Below are positions 17,894-28,729 of a stretch of 64,000 bases of DNA, in pieces. How positions within the stretch are numbered: position 1 is the first letter of the stretch; each line of letters starts with the position of its first letter. Both the position numbers and the translations under genes were made by a program. The DNA is from an uncultured Gammaproteobacteria bacterium (GTDB lineage Bacteria; Patescibacteriota; Patescibacteriia; JACRDY01). Under the pieces are notes generated by a model, which saw nothing but the letters and a program-made list of their open reading frames with translations, was not told the origin of the DNA and did not search any database. The stretch lies in assembly GCA_964550465.1 (NCBI GenBank), contig CAZJZH010000001.1, positions 107 through 64,106 on the forward strand, written 5' to 3'.

Positions 17894-20800
17894 CTAGGCA
17901 TTGGCGGCGGCTGGCTGGACAATAGCCACGGAACGCTCGCCAACAATCTGCTCCAGTAACTCTTTCACCGTATCGGTAGGATCAACCGTAAACGGTGTAT
18001 CGATTGACTGCCAGCCACGACCTTGGGCTACCAGTAATCTGACTGGCATATCCCCCGCGTGCTGACCAATCACCGCTTTAATCTGATCAACCAATTCCTG
18101 CGTTGGTGGTTGATGGAAGCGAATAAAGACGCCCGGCTGTGGTGCAGCTGGTTTGGCTGGCTGTTGCTGCTGTTGTTGATCAGCACCAGTATTGCGCCAG
18201 TGATTCTGCTTGAGACGAATCGGGCCGCTGTAGTCCTGGATGGTTTTTTCCAGCGAATCAGTCCGCAGCTCGGCTGCTCGTTCTACCACTATCTTCATCT
18301 CGCCATCCTTATCTGATACCCGCCCCTCAACAATAACCAATTGATCCTGACCAAAGACTTCACCGAGCTCCGTCATTTTTTTCGGAAAGACAATCACCTC
18401 GGTGCCTCCAGTGGCGTCCTCGATCCGAGCAAACAGCATCGGGTCCCCTTTGCGGGTAAAGACTCGCTTCTGCATCGATACCACCCCCGCAATGCGCACT
18501 GCTTCTCTACCCTGCTTGATAATCTGTGGTAATTGATTGCACGGCGCAACGATGTGATTTAAGTCACGAGCAAACTCGCGTATTGGGTGTTCCGTAATAT
18601 ACAAGCCTAGGTACTCGCGCTCCCACAGCGCCCGTTCTTTCTTACTGACTGCCGGCACATCGGCTAACCGCAGAGTATATCGCGGACCTGTAGTGCTGTC
18701 AGCAAACAAACTGGTTTGGTTAGAATCCTGGTCTTGATGAGTCTCCTTGATAAATTGCAAAATAGCGTCCATGTTGTACAGGACGGTGTTTGGGTCAATC
18801 ATCTGCCCAAAGGCACCCGCCTTAGCCAAACTTTCCAGCGATTTTTTATTCAACTCTTTCGAGCGTACTCGCAAGAGAAAATCTTCGAAGGTGGTAAAAG
18901 CGCCATTGGCCTTGCGCTCGTGAATAATAGCCTTAACAATGCCCTCGCCAACATTTTTGACGGCATGCAATCCAAAGCGAATACGCGGCTCTGCTGTATT
19001 CAGTGTTTCGGCCACCGCAGTGAAGTTGGTAAAACTTTCATTGATATCTGGCGGCAAGACTGTGATGCCCATAGCGGCGCAATCCGTCACCTCGACTGTC
19101 ACCCGGTCCAGGTTGCCTTGATCAGCGGTTAATAGCGAAGCCATGAACTCCACCGGGTAGTTAGCCTTGAAGTATGCTGTCTGGTAGGCAATGACGGCGT
19201 AACAAGCGGCGTGCGATCGGTTAAACCCATACTGAGCAAACGGCTCGATGAAGTGGAAAATTTCTTTTGCAATCTTGTCAGGGATGCTATTATCAATGGC
19301 GCCTTGGATAAACTTTTCTTTCTGCTCAGCTAGCAAACTGGCAATTTTTTTACCCATGGCCTTACGCAGCACGTCCGCTTCCCCCAGAGTAAAGCCGGCT
19401 AGGTCTTGGGCGATACGCATAATCTGCTCCTGGTAAACAGCGATACCGTAGGTGTTGTTGAGAATTGGTTCCAGTTTAGGATGAATGTAAGACACTTCTT
19501 TGAGGCCATGCTTGCGGGCTACAAAGTCTGGGATAAACTCCATTGGCCCCGGTCGATACAGGGCCACCATAGCAATAATATCTTCAATGTGGTTTGGTTG
19601 CAGCTGTTTGAGGTAACGCTTCATGCCGGCTGATTCGAGCTGGAAGACCCCAGTAGTGTCGCCACGCTGGAACAGCTCAAAAGTTTTAGCATCATCAAAC
19701 GGCAGCTCATCAAGGTCGTACTGCTTGCCGTGAATTTTTTTGATCACATCGATAGTGTTTTCCAAAATGGTCAAGTTCTTCAAGCCCAAGAAGTCCATTT
19801 TCAACAGACCGAGTGACTCAACCGGTGACAGTGAATACTGTGATACCACAGTTTCATCACTCCCACTAGCATACTGAATGGGCGCATACTGGCTGACGGG
19901 CTCCGGGGTAATCAGCACACCACAGGCGTGGGTGGAAGTATGTCGCGCATTACCCTCAATCCGTCGAGCAGTGTCAATTAACAGCTTCGCCTCCTCGTCA
20001 TTGTCATACATTTCTTTGAGCTCCGGCTCTTTGTCGAGCGCTTCATCCAAACTAGTGAACATCGGGATCAGCTTGGAAATTTTGTCGCAGTACCCATATG
20101 GCAAGTCTAATACACGACCAACGTCACGCACTGCCGCCCGGGCCGCCATGGTTCCAAAGGTAATAATCTGGGCTACGTGGTCTTTGCCATACTTACTTTC
20201 CACATACCGAATAACCTCATCACGACGGACATCAGCAAAGTCAAGGTCAATATCGGGCATCGACACACGCTCTGGATTCAAAAACCGCTCAAACAGCAAA
20301 TCGTACTTAATTGGGTCTACATTGGTAATATTGATCAGGTACGACACTAGCGAACCAGCGGCTGAGCCACGACCTGGACCAACGATAATGCCCTGCTCTT
20401 TAGCCCAGTTAACAAAGTCAGCCACAATTAAGAAATATGAAGCGTAACCGGTTTTTTCAATCACCCCGAGCTCATACTCCAGCCGTTCCTGGATAACTGG
20501 GTCCGGCGTATCACCGTACCGCTTAGCGATACCGGCCTGTGACTGATCCGCTAACTGCTGCTGTGGCGTTTTACCAGCTGGCACGGCAAAGAACGGCAAT
20601 TTGATCTCGCCCAAGGTCATTTCAAAATCAACCATGTCGGCAATCTTGGCGGTGTTAGCAATAGCTTCTGGCACATCAGCAAACTTCTCTGTCATGGCCG
20701 CTGCGCTGCGGAACGACAAATCATAGGCCAGCAAGTTCATGCGGTTGGTTTCGTCTTTTTTACGCTTGGTTTGCAGACAGATCAGCACGTCTTGCGCATC

Positions 20801-21445
20801 AGCATCGGGCTGCTCCAGGTAGTGGACGTCGTTAGTCGCTACCAGTGGCACACCTTCCTGCCGCGCGAGAGCAATCAAGGCCTGATTAACCTGCTCAGAC
20901 TCCGGTGTATCGGCCAGACGCTGCAACTCCAGATAAAAATTACCTTCACCAAACACTCGCTGGTGTTTAGCGACCAGCTCCTTGGCCCGCTGCGTATCAT
21001 CAGCCATCAGTGCCTGGGGAATCTCGCCTTGTAGACAGGCGCTAGAGGCAATAATGCCCTCGTGGTATTGCTCCAGTAACTCCCAGTCAACCCGCGGCTT
21101 ATAATAAAAACCCTCCATGTGAGCCATGGAAGTCAGTTTAATCAAATTTTTGTAGCCGGTCTCGTTTCGCGCCAACAAGATCAAGTGGTTACGCACTTCA
21201 TCAATCCGCGGCCGTTTATTCAGTCGGCCATTGGGCGCTACATAAGCCTCTAAACCAATAATGGGCTTAATGCCCGCCTTGGTGGCTTTTTGATAAAACT
21301 CCACCGCGCCATACATGACGCCGTGATCCGTCAAAGCTAAGGCCGACATATGTTCCGCCTTCGCCATATCGACCAATTCACCCACCTTCGGCAGCCCGTC
21401 TAGCAGGCTGTAGTGGGAGTGAACGTGGAGATGAATAAAACTCAT
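17894..21445 (-). CDS. dnaE: DNA polymerase III alpha subunit
   Basis: 1183 aa. The PHP domain begins IHLHVHSHYSLLDG. Polymerase core and OB-fold regions are present. Confidence 0.95.
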   Translation of the reverse strand: MSFIHLHVHSHYSLLDGLPKVGELVDMAKAEHMSALALTDHGVMYGAVEFYQKATKAGIKPIIGLEAYVAPNGRLNKRPRIDEVRNHLILLARNETGYKNLIKLTSMAHMEGFYYKPRVDWELLEQYHEGIIASSACLQGEIPQALMADDTQRAKELVAKHQRVFGEGNFYLELQRLADTPESEQVNQALIALARQEGVPLVATNDVHYLEQPDADAQDVLICLQTKRKKDETNRMNLLAYDLSFRSAAAMTEKFADVPEAIANTAKIADMVDFEMTLGEIKLPFFAVPAGKTPQQQLADQSQAGIAKRYGDTPDPVIQERLEYELGVIEKTGYASYFLIVADFVNWAKEQGIIVGPGRGSAAGSLVSYLINITNVDPIKYDLLFERFLNPERVSMPDIDLDFADVRRDEVIRYVESKYGKDHVAQIITFGTMAARAAVRDVGRVLDLPYGYCDKISKLIPMFTSLDEALDKEPELKEMYDNDEEAKLLIDTARRIEGNARHTSTHACGVLITPEPVSQYAPIQYASGSDETVVSQYSLSPVESLGLLKMDFLGLKNLTILENTIDVIKKIHGKQYDLDELPFDDAKTFELFQRGDTTGVFQLESAGMKRYLKQLQPNHIEDIIAMVALYRPGPMEFIPDFVARKHGLKEVSYIHPKLEPILNNTYGIAVYQEQIMRIAQDLAGFTLGEADVLRKAMGKKIASLLAEQKEKFIQGAIDNSIPDKIAKEIFHFIEPFAQYGFNRSHAACYAVIAYQTAYFKANYPVEFMASLLTADQGNLDRVTVEVTDCAAMGITVLPPDINESFTNFTAVAETLNTAEPRIRFGLHAVKNVGEGIVKAIIHERKANGAFTTFEDFLLRVRSKELNKKSLESLAKAGAFGQMIDPNTVLYNMDAILQFIKETHQDQDSNQTSLFADSTTGPRYTLRLADVPAVSKKERALWEREYLGLYITEHPIREFARDLNHIVAPCNQLPQIIKQGREAVRIAGVVSMQKRVFTRKGDPMLFARIEDATGGTEVIVFPKKMTELGEVFGQDQLVIVEGRVSDKDGEMKIVVERAAELRTDSLEKTIQDYSGPIRLKQNHWRNTGADQQQQQQPAKPAAPQPGVFIRFHQPPTQELVDQIKAVIGQHAGDMPVRLLVAQGRGWQSIDTPFTVDPTDTVKELLEQIVGERSVAIVQPAAANA

Positions 21446-21654
21446 AGTGTTCTAGTGATAGAAAAAAGAAACAGCCCCATCACGGTTTTGTTTCTCAAAA
21501 AATCCACCTCGCTGTTCTATCCTTACCGCTTTTTTGTTTTTCGCTTGGTGGTCTTTGCCTTGACTGGCTCTGCTGGCTCCTCTCCCTCATCATCCTCTGC
21601 CATCATCTCAGCCATTGAATCAGCCGCTGTCTTAGCCTTCCGAGCTACAAAAAA

Positions 21655-21900
21655 CTAGACCACCTGGCTAATGCCATCAGCCACTAATGCCAGGTGACTG
21701 GATGATTTTTCTACTCGCTCCTTGATGGTGTTCATCAGCGCTTCAAAGGCATCGAGCTTCTGCTGGACGCTCTTAGTAACTGTGTACGCCTGCTTGAGCA
21801 ACATGGCCACGTAGTAAATAACCCAGCAGAGGAAGACTGTTAACCACAGGATACAAAATGACAGCACGACAAATAGCAGGTCTTTTGAGGTCTCCAACAT
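21655..21900 (-). CDS. DUF948-like small membrane protein
   Basis: One TM followed by a coiled coil (MLETSKDLLFVVLSFCILWL...). The start was set at the internal Met of the longer ORF. Confidence 0.4.
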   Translation of the reverse strand: MLETSKDLLFVVLSFCILWLTVFLCWVIYYVAMLLKQAYTVTKSVQQKLDAFEALMNTIKERVEKSSSHLALVADGISQVV

Positions 21901-21922
21901 AGTGATGTAGGTTATTTTTGTT

Positions 21923-24373
21923 TTATTGACGCAAGCTGGCCTGGCAATCGCTAGCCAAGGCATCAATGATCTGCTGCTCATGCGCAGTCACCTCTTCAGC
22001 GGTCAGGGTGCGATCATCGGCCTGATAGGTCACATGAAAGGCCAGGCTCTTGTGGTCTACTGCTATTGTACCACCAGTGAAGATGTCGAACAACTCAACC
22101 GCCTCAACCAGTGGCTGGCCGGCACTGCGGACTGTTTTTGCCACCTGCCCCCAGCTAACACTGTCCGGCACGACAATAGCCATATCACGCACCACGGCCG
22201 GGTACTTGGCGGCTGGTGTATAGGTCGTTGGTTTACGTAGACAGGCTGCTAGAGCAGTCACATCAAGGTCAATAATGCCCACCGGCCAGTCAATATCATG
22301 AGCCGTACCAATACCCCGCTTTAGCTCAGTCACCACTCCCAAGGCCTTGCCATCAACCACCACGCCGATACTACGCCCTGGCTCAGCCCATGGCGGCAGC
22401 ACATCCGGTGTAGTGTCAAAATAAAAATCAAATCCTAGGCTACGCAAAACTGTCTCCGCCATGCCCTTAGCGGTAGTAAACGGTTGGTCATCATCCGCCG
22501 CCGCTACCACCACGGTCAAACGCTTCGGTTGGTCTGGTAACATCACGCCGCCGTCAGTCGAGCGAGCGTAGCTACCTGGTTGCGGCAAAAATACCCGACC
22601 AATTTCACACAAGCGAATATCATCAAAGTACCGCGCGTTATCGGCCACTGCTTTGACTAGGTTTTGCACCAAGGTGGTGCGTAATAGTGTCTGGTCTGTG
22701 GCAATAGCATTGGCCAGGGCAATGTGCTGCTGCGGTGTAGTACCAAACAAGCCAACAGTTGCCTCATTAACAAACGAATACGTCTCCACCTGATAGCAAC
22801 CGCCAGCGCCAACTAGCTGGTCAATGATGCTTGTTTCCAGCTGGCGCTCATTATTACCAACTGGCGGAGTGATTGGTAAGGCTGGTAGATGTCCCGTAAT
22901 AGCATCAAAACCGTGCAGTCGCGCTACTTCCTCGACAATGTCTTCAGCTATAGCAATATCACCCGTCGCCCGCCACGATGGCACGCTGATGGTCAGCTCA
23001 CCTTTTTTCTTACTCTTCTTGACGCCAAAGCCGATACTCTTCAGGCTGTCAGTAATGACCTGATCAGTTAGTGGCTGACCGCCAATGCGTCGATTCAGCC
23101 AAGCGGTATCTACATCGATAACCACCGGCGTATCATCCCAATCCCCTACATCAACCACCTTGCTGACGACTTGCACATTGGACTGGATTTGTTGTAACAA
23201 CTCCACTGCTCGACGCAGTGCCTGTTCAGCCATCTGTGGGTCCAGCCCCTTTTCAAAACGAGCACTGGACTCGGTACGAATACCTAAGCGGGTAGCAGTT
23301 TGACGGATACTGATTGGATCAAAGGTGGCCGACTCAAATACCACTGTCGTAGTGTCATCACTGACTCCACTGTCTACACCACCCATAATACCCGCTAGGG
23401 CCAGTATTTTTTTATCATCACGTATCACTACATCATCAGCCGTTAACTGATGCTCTTGCTCATCAAGGGTGGTGAACTGCTGACCCGCCTCAGCCTGAGC
23501 AATGGTAATTGTACCACCAGCAATAGCCTTACTATCAAAGGCGTGCATCGGCTGACCTAACTCCAGCATGACGTAGTTGGTAATATCAACAATAACGTTA
23601 ATGGAGCGAACGCCCACTGCTTCCAGCTGACTGGCCAGCCAGGCTGGTGATGGCTCAACAGTGACACCGTCAACTGCCACCGCCATATAGCGACTGCACT
23701 GCTGAGTAGCTGCGATACTAGCCTGCAATCTATGCTTGCGCCCAGCTCGAATAGCTGGCGTCTTGTACGGCTGTAGCGGTACGTTAAAAATCGCCGCCAG
23801 CTCCCGAGCCAAACCGTAGTGACCCCACAGATCCGGCCGGTGGGTCATCGATTTATTATCAATATCAAAAATAGTGTCATCCATGCCTAACGCTTCAGCC
23901 AGCGGCGTACCAACTTCAGCAGCCAGTCCGGATAGATCCGTAATGTCACCATCCGCACAGGGATGGAGATGTTCGATGCCAATCTCGTTACTGGCGCAGA
24001 TCATACCCTCACTCTGTTGGCCACGGATTTTGATCGGCTTGAGTTCTACTAGCTCCCCTTCCCCATGCCACCGCACCGTGGCACCCACCTTGGCAAAGGC
24101 CACTTTCATCCCTTGCTGCAGATTAGCCCCACCACAGACCACGTCATATTCGGTACTGCCATCACTAACAATCGCTACCCGCAAGCGATCAGCATCTGGA
24201 TGTGGTTGGACTGAGGTGACAATACCAATCACTACACCGGCCAATTGTTGCCCGTGCGACTGCACGCCTTCTACTTCTACCGTCTGCAAAGTAACCTTTT
24301 CAGCAATCTCTTCCGCTGAAAAGCCTTTGGGAATAGTGATAAAATTAGTCAGCCATTTACGAGAAACTAACAT
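21923..24373 (-). CDS. pheT: phenylalanine--tRNA ligase beta subunit
   Basis: 816 aa. N-terminus MLVSRKWL... is the tRNA-binding domain. B3/4, B5 and FDX-ACB domains are recognisable. Confidence 0.93.
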   Translation of the reverse strand: MLVSRKWLTNFITIPKGFSAEEIAEKVTLQTVEVEGVQSHGQQLAGVVIGIVTSVQPHPDADRLRVAIVSDGSTEYDVVCGGANLQQGMKVAFAKVGATVRWHGEGELVELKPIKIRGQQSEGMICASNEIGIEHLHPCADGDITDLSGLAAEVGTPLAEALGMDDTIFDIDNKSMTHRPDLWGHYGLARELAAIFNVPLQPYKTPAIRAGRKHRLQASIAATQQCSRYMAVAVDGVTVEPSPAWLASQLEAVGVRSINVIVDITNYVMLELGQPMHAFDSKAIAGGTITIAQAEAGQQFTTLDEQEHQLTADDVVIRDDKKILALAGIMGGVDSGVSDDTTTVVFESATFDPISIRQTATRLGIRTESSARFEKGLDPQMAEQALRRAVELLQQIQSNVQVVSKVVDVGDWDDTPVVIDVDTAWLNRRIGGQPLTDQVITDSLKSIGFGVKKSKKKGELTISVPSWRATGDIAIAEDIVEEVARLHGFDAITGHLPALPITPPVGNNERQLETSIIDQLVGAGGCYQVETYSFVNEATVGLFGTTPQQHIALANAIATDQTLLRTTLVQNLVKAVADNARYFDDIRLCEIGRVFLPQPGSYARSTDGGVMLPDQPKRLTVVVAAADDDQPFTTAKGMAETVLRSLGFDFYFDTTPDVLPPWAEPGRSIGVVVDGKALGVVTELKRGIGTAHDIDWPVGIIDLDVTALAACLRKPTTYTPAAKYPAVVRDMAIVVPDSVSWGQVAKTVRSAGQPLVEAVELFDIFTGGTIAVDHKSLAFHVTYQADDRTLTAEEVTAHEQQIIDALASDCQASLRQ

Positions 24374-24381
24374 AGAAATAC

Positions 24382-25407
24382 CTAAAATTGCTGCAAAAAG
24401 CGCATGTCACCACTGAGTAACAAACGAATATCATCAATACCGTGGCGAATCATGGTCAAGCGCGTCAGACCAAAGCCAAAAGCAAAGCCACTGTACTGCT
24501 GTGGGTCAATGCCGCCAGCTCGCAAGACATTGGGGTGGACCAGGCCAGCACCCATCAACTCAATCCAGCCGGTCTGCTTACAGACCGAACAGCCTTCCCC
24601 ACCACAGATAGCGCACTGGACATCGACCTCAAAGCCCGGTTCGGTGAAGGGGAAATAGCCTGGTCGCAGACGAATCTTCAATTCTTTATCAAACAATGCG
24701 CGTAAAAACTGTCGCGTCACGCCGACTAAATCTGCCACAGCGATGTCTTTGTCGATCAACAACCCCTCTACTTGATCAAAGGTAGTGTCGTGACTGGCAT
24801 CAGTGGCTTCATAGCGAAAAACACGACCGGGAAAAATAGCCCGCAGGGGTGCGCCGTACTGCTGCATGGCGCGGACCTGTACTGGTGAGGTATGCGTACG
24901 CATGACCAAGCGGTTGTGTTGGTCGCTGTCGGCCTCTGTAATAAAAAACGTATCCTGCATATCCCGTGCTGGGTGACTGGCAGGAATATTTAAGCCCTCA
25001 AAGTTAAAAAATTCAGATTCCAGCTCTGGACCTTCGATAACAGCAAAGCCCATCGAGCCAAAGACTGCTTCGACGTCACGGCGCATAGCCGCTGCAGGGT
25101 GAATATGCCCACGGCATAGTGGCTTGCCTGGTACAGTGACATCAATTGGCGGCGCTGACTGGTTCATCAGCAAACGCTGGCTGGCCGTTGTCAGTTGGGC
25201 GGTCAGAGCATCACGCACGGCATTAGCTGCTTCACCTACTGCCTTGCGCTCTTCCACCGGTAAATACTTGAGCTGTCGCAACACAGCGGTCAATTTACCT
25301 TTACGACCCAAAAATTCCACCTCAACTGCTTGCAAGGCCTCTGTGGTTGTGGCTGCGGCAATAGCGGCTTCAGCTGCTTGTTTGAGTTGTTGTAATTGCT
25401 CAGTCAT
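24382..25407 (-). CDS. pheS: phenylalanine--tRNA ligase alpha subunit
   Basis: 341 aa. The class II core FPFTEPGFEVDV...GAGLVHPNVL is present. The gene lies immediately upstream of pheT. Confidence 0.93.
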   Translation of the reverse strand: MTEQLQQLKQAAEAAIAAATTTEALQAVEVEFLGRKGKLTAVLRQLKYLPVEERKAVGEAANAVRDALTAQLTTASQRLLMNQSAPPIDVTVPGKPLCRGHIHPAAAMRRDVEAVFGSMGFAVIEGPELESEFFNFEGLNIPASHPARDMQDTFFITEADSDQHNRLVMRTHTSPVQVRAMQQYGAPLRAIFPGRVFRYEATDASHDTTFDQVEGLLIDKDIAVADLVGVTRQFLRALFDKELKIRLRPGYFPFTEPGFEVDVQCAICGGEGCSVCKQTGWIELMGAGLVHPNVLRAGGIDPQQYSGFAFGFGLTRLTMIRHGIDDIRLLLSGDMRFLQQF

Positions 25408-25410
25408 GAT

Positions 25411-26058
25411 TTATTCAATCACTATAGTTTCAATTATTCGCTCAAAGACTGGCTGGAAATCATAGGTACCCTTAAAGTTAAAATTTGTCCCGGATACATC
25501 TACAAAACAATCATTAGCTTGCACTACCACGCCACTGGTAGGCAGTCCTTCTGGTACCCCCTGCTGATCAACCTGTAATGCCGATTGTCCATCAATAGTA
25601 ACTCGCTGCCAGTCATCAAAAGTAAACGGACCGACACAGCCTATCCCTTCCTCGCCCCCTGCAACGCACGCGTTATACCGCTCCTGGTCGCGCTGCTCGA
25701 CGTCTGCAATATACTGATCAAGCGTATTACGCCCCTCGGCGGCATAATAAGAAATACTGACATAGCCATCGATAGACTCCTCTGCGCTCGGGTAGTCTGA
25801 TGTCTTACTTGGACGGGTTACTGACGCGCTACCCAGCCACCCCTTCGGCGGCTCTACTCGAAGGTCTACATTTTCCTGAGCCCACTGCTGTGGGTAACTA
25901 ATGCTAAACCCACACTGTTCATTCGTAATGACCTGCCAAGAATCAACAGTCGCTAATTCTTCTTCAGCGGTCATGAGTACCATGGTGTCATTATGAGCAT
26001 ACCATGCACAACCCGAAGTTAAGAGAATGATCATTAACAATGGTGCTAATAGTTTCAT
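25411..26058 (-). CDS. lipoprotein (hypothetical)
   Basis: Signal peptide with lipobox LLTSGCAW. Confidence 0.5.
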   Translation of the reverse strand: MKLLAPLLMIILLTSGCAWYAHNDTMVLMTAEEELATVDSWQVITNEQCGFSISYPQQWAQENVDLRVEPPKGWLGSASVTRPSKTSDYPSAEESIDGYVSISYYAAEGRNTLDQYIADVEQRDQERYNACVAGGEEGIGCVGPFTFDDWQRVTIDGQSALQVDQQGVPEGLPTSGVVVQANDCFVDVSGTNFNFKGTYDFQPVFERIIETIVIE

Positions 26059-26087
26059 AGTCCGGATTTAATATAAGTAATCAATCA

Positions 26088-27206
26088 CTAACCAATAATC
26101 CGTTCAATCAATCCTCCACCCCACCGCACGATATCTCGATAGGTCACAAAGACAATCAACAGTAAGAGTAACAAAAAGCCGATGTTATGGACAATGCTTT
26201 CAAATTTTTGATCGGCTGGTTTGCGGCGAATAGCTTCAATGCCTAAGAACAGCAGCCGTCCGCCATCTAGGGCCGGCAGCGGCAAAATATTGATAATCGC
26301 TAAGTTAATCGACAACAGCGCTACGAACTGCAGCAGGTGGGTAATGCCCAAGCGAGCTACCTGGCCGGTTAAGACAGCAATACCAACCGGTCCAGAGACA
26401 TCGACATCAGCTGACTGACCGGTAACCAAGTCACTGATTAAATCAGCAAACGCCACCACGATCGTGCCGGTTAATTGAGCGGTGGCTTGGACACCAGCCA
26501 CTGGCGCGGCAAACCATGGGTACGAGACTGTACCAACTGACACCAAGCCAACACCTAGAGTGGCGCGACCCAAGTCTTCATTCAGCAGCGGCGTAACAGT
26601 AATCCGCAGCTGCTCATCACCACGCAGCAGCGTCAGATCCATTGATTCGTTTTTACTATCAACGATAAACTCTTGGACATTATCAACATCGGTGTAAGGC
26701 TGCCCATCGATCAACTGGATAATATCACCCGTTTGCACGCCAGCCTCAGCCGCTACAGACTGCGGTACCACGCTGTAGATCTGCACCTGTCGTTCACTGA
26801 CCCGCGCGTATGGCGATAGTCCGGCACTGTCAGCCGGCAGCCCTGATGGCAGACCAATCATAAAGCCAATTGTCAGCAGCACGGCGGCCAACAACCAGTT
26901 CATGGCCACGCCAGCCACTAAAATGATGGCTCGTTGCCAGGCCGGCTTGGCAGCAAAACTACCTGGGTCACTCTTATCTTGCCCGTCTTCCCCTTTAATT
27001 TTGACAAATCCCCCCAATGGCAACCAGTTGAGGGAGTAACGGATGCCGGTTTTTTTACTAATCCAACTGGTGGCCCGAGGTGGAAAGCCAATACCAAACT
27101 CCTCAACATCACAGTCAAACTTTCGAGCAGTATAAAAATGCCCCCACTCGTGCACCAGCACTAGGATAGCTAAAACGGCAATGAAGATGAGAATCGTACC
27201 AACCAT
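26088..27206 (-). CDS. rseP: RIP (site-2) zinc metalloprotease RseP family
   Basis: HEWGHF zinc motif in TM1, an internal PDZ region, and a C-terminal LDGG motif. Confidence 0.8.
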   Translation of the reverse strand: MVGTILIFIAVLAILVLVHEWGHFYTARKFDCDVEEFGIGFPPRATSWISKKTGIRYSLNWLPLGGFVKIKGEDGQDKSDPGSFAAKPAWQRAIILVAGVAMNWLLAAVLLTIGFMIGLPSGLPADSAGLSPYARVSERQVQIYSVVPQSVAAEAGVQTGDIIQLIDGQPYTDVDNVQEFIVDSKNESMDLTLLRGDEQLRITVTPLLNEDLGRATLGVGLVSVGTVSYPWFAAPVAGVQATAQLTGTIVVAFADLISDLVTGQSADVDVSGPVGIAVLTGQVARLGITHLLQFVALLSINLAIINILPLPALDGGRLLFLGIEAIRRKPADQKFESIVHNIGFLLLLLLIVFVTYRDIVRWGGGLIERIIG

Positions 27207-27253
27207 AGTAAAAGTAATCAGTCTGTCCTATAGTAGCGCCTTGGTGCTATCCG

Positions 27254-28726
27254 TCAAGCAGCTGCTATATCAGCTAATAAGGCGATTAGTAATGTGTAGA
27301 ATTTCTGGACATGAACAATATGCACCCGCTCATCCGGCGAATGCGCCCCGGTGATGGTAGGGCCAAAAGAAATCATGTCCATGCCTGGGCAGCGCTGACC
27401 GACAATGCCACACTCTAAGCCAGCGTGAACCGCCTTAACCTCCGGCTCAGTCTCAAACTGCTTGGCATAGACTGCAGTCGCTCGCTGCAAGAGGGCCGAC
27501 TGGGGATTCGGCTGCCAGCCTGGGTATGGTTCACTCTGCGTCACACTGAACTGGTGCTGCTTAAATATATCTGTTACCTGCTGAGCAATGGCCTGACGGG
27601 CGGCATCATTACTACTGCGTTGACTGGTGCCAATAACCATTTCTTGATCAAAGAAATCAATCGTCGCTACGTTGGTTGATGTCTCCACCAGTCCTTCAAT
27701 GTCTTTACTCATCTCAATCACGCCATGCGGCAACGCATTGATCACGGCAATGATGTCCGCCTGAGCATCCACGCCCATGACACTGCTAACCGTTTGATCA
27801 GAAGCTTGGAGTCGCAGCGCTACCTGTTCATCACCACCACTCAGCGTTTGTTGCACTGCTGCCTCAACTGACTCAATCACCGCGTTGGCGTCAGATTCTT
27901 GGTCTGGCGCAAAGGTGATGGTGGCACTGGCTTCGCGCGGAATGGCGTTGCGTTTACTACCACCTTGCAAACTAATCATCCGAAATGGCACCTTGGCCGC
28001 CAAAGTACTCAGCGCTTGGCCGAGGACGCGAATGCTATTGCCTCGCTCTTCGTGAATATCACAACCAGAGTGTCCGCCCCGCAGCCCGCTAACTGTCAAG
28101 GTATAGACGGTCCAATCAGTCGCCAGTGACTCCATCTCCAGCTTCCGCTCACCGATCGTGTCTTGACCACCAGCGCAACCGATGTAAAAAATACCATCCT
28201 CCTCTGAGTCGAGGTTCAACAACATCGTGCCGCTGATCATGCTGGCATCAAGCTGCTGCGCGCCAGTCAGACCAGTTTCTTCATCAACTGTGAAGAGCAG
28301 TTCTAATGGTCCGTGGACAACGGTATCGTCACTGGCCACCGCCAGCGCTGCTGCCACACCCATGCCATTGTCAGCACCTAGCGTAGTGCCCTCAGCGGTA
28401 ATCCACTCACCATCACGAACTAAACGAATCGGATCTGTATCCCAATCATGTTGGACATCACTGTTTTTCTCACAAACCATATCGAGGTGAGATTGAATCA
28501 CCACCACCGGTGCCTGCTCGTGCCCGGCCGTAGCCGGCACCGTCACTACGATATTACCCGCTTCATCCTGGACATGCTTCAGTCCCAACCGCTCAGCCGT
28601 ATCAATGACATACTGACGGATTTTTTCTTCTTTTTTACTTGGGCGAGGTACAGCGGCGATCTTGGCAAACTGCTGCCAGACCACAGCTGGCTCAAGCCCG
28701 GCAATGACTTCCTGATTGCTACTCAT
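27254..28726 (-). CDS. pepD: aminoacyl-histidine dipeptidase (M20 family, PepD-like)
   Basis: 490 aa. HLDMV, GADNGMG and the EE pair of the M20/PepD family are present. Confidence 0.78.
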   Translation of the reverse strand: MSSNQEVIAGLEPAVVWQQFAKIAAVPRPSKKEEKIRQYVIDTAERLGLKHVQDEAGNIVVTVPATAGHEQAPVVVIQSHLDMVCEKNSDVQHDWDTDPIRLVRDGEWITAEGTTLGADNGMGVAAALAVASDDTVVHGPLELLFTVDEETGLTGAQQLDASMISGTMLLNLDSEEDGIFYIGCAGGQDTIGERKLEMESLATDWTVYTLTVSGLRGGHSGCDIHEERGNSIRVLGQALSTLAAKVPFRMISLQGGSKRNAIPREASATITFAPDQESDANAVIESVEAAVQQTLSGGDEQVALRLQASDQTVSSVMGVDAQADIIAVINALPHGVIEMSKDIEGLVETSTNVATIDFFDQEMVIGTSQRSSNDAARQAIAQQVTDIFKQHQFSVTQSEPYPGWQPNPQSALLQRATAVYAKQFETEPEVKAVHAGLECGIVGQRCPGMDMISFGPTITGAHSPDERVHIVHVQKFYTLLIALLADIAAA

Positions 28727-28729
28727 AGA

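Noticed and set aside
21446-21654. 30-aa acidic/basic mini-ORF (MAEMMAEDDEGEEPAEPVKAKTTKRKTKKR) between the DUF948 gene and dnaE on the minus strand, and an 81-aa plus-strand ORF at 21413
   Set aside because: It is too short and low-complexity to call. The plus-strand ORF overlaps the dnaE start and lacks a start-site context.
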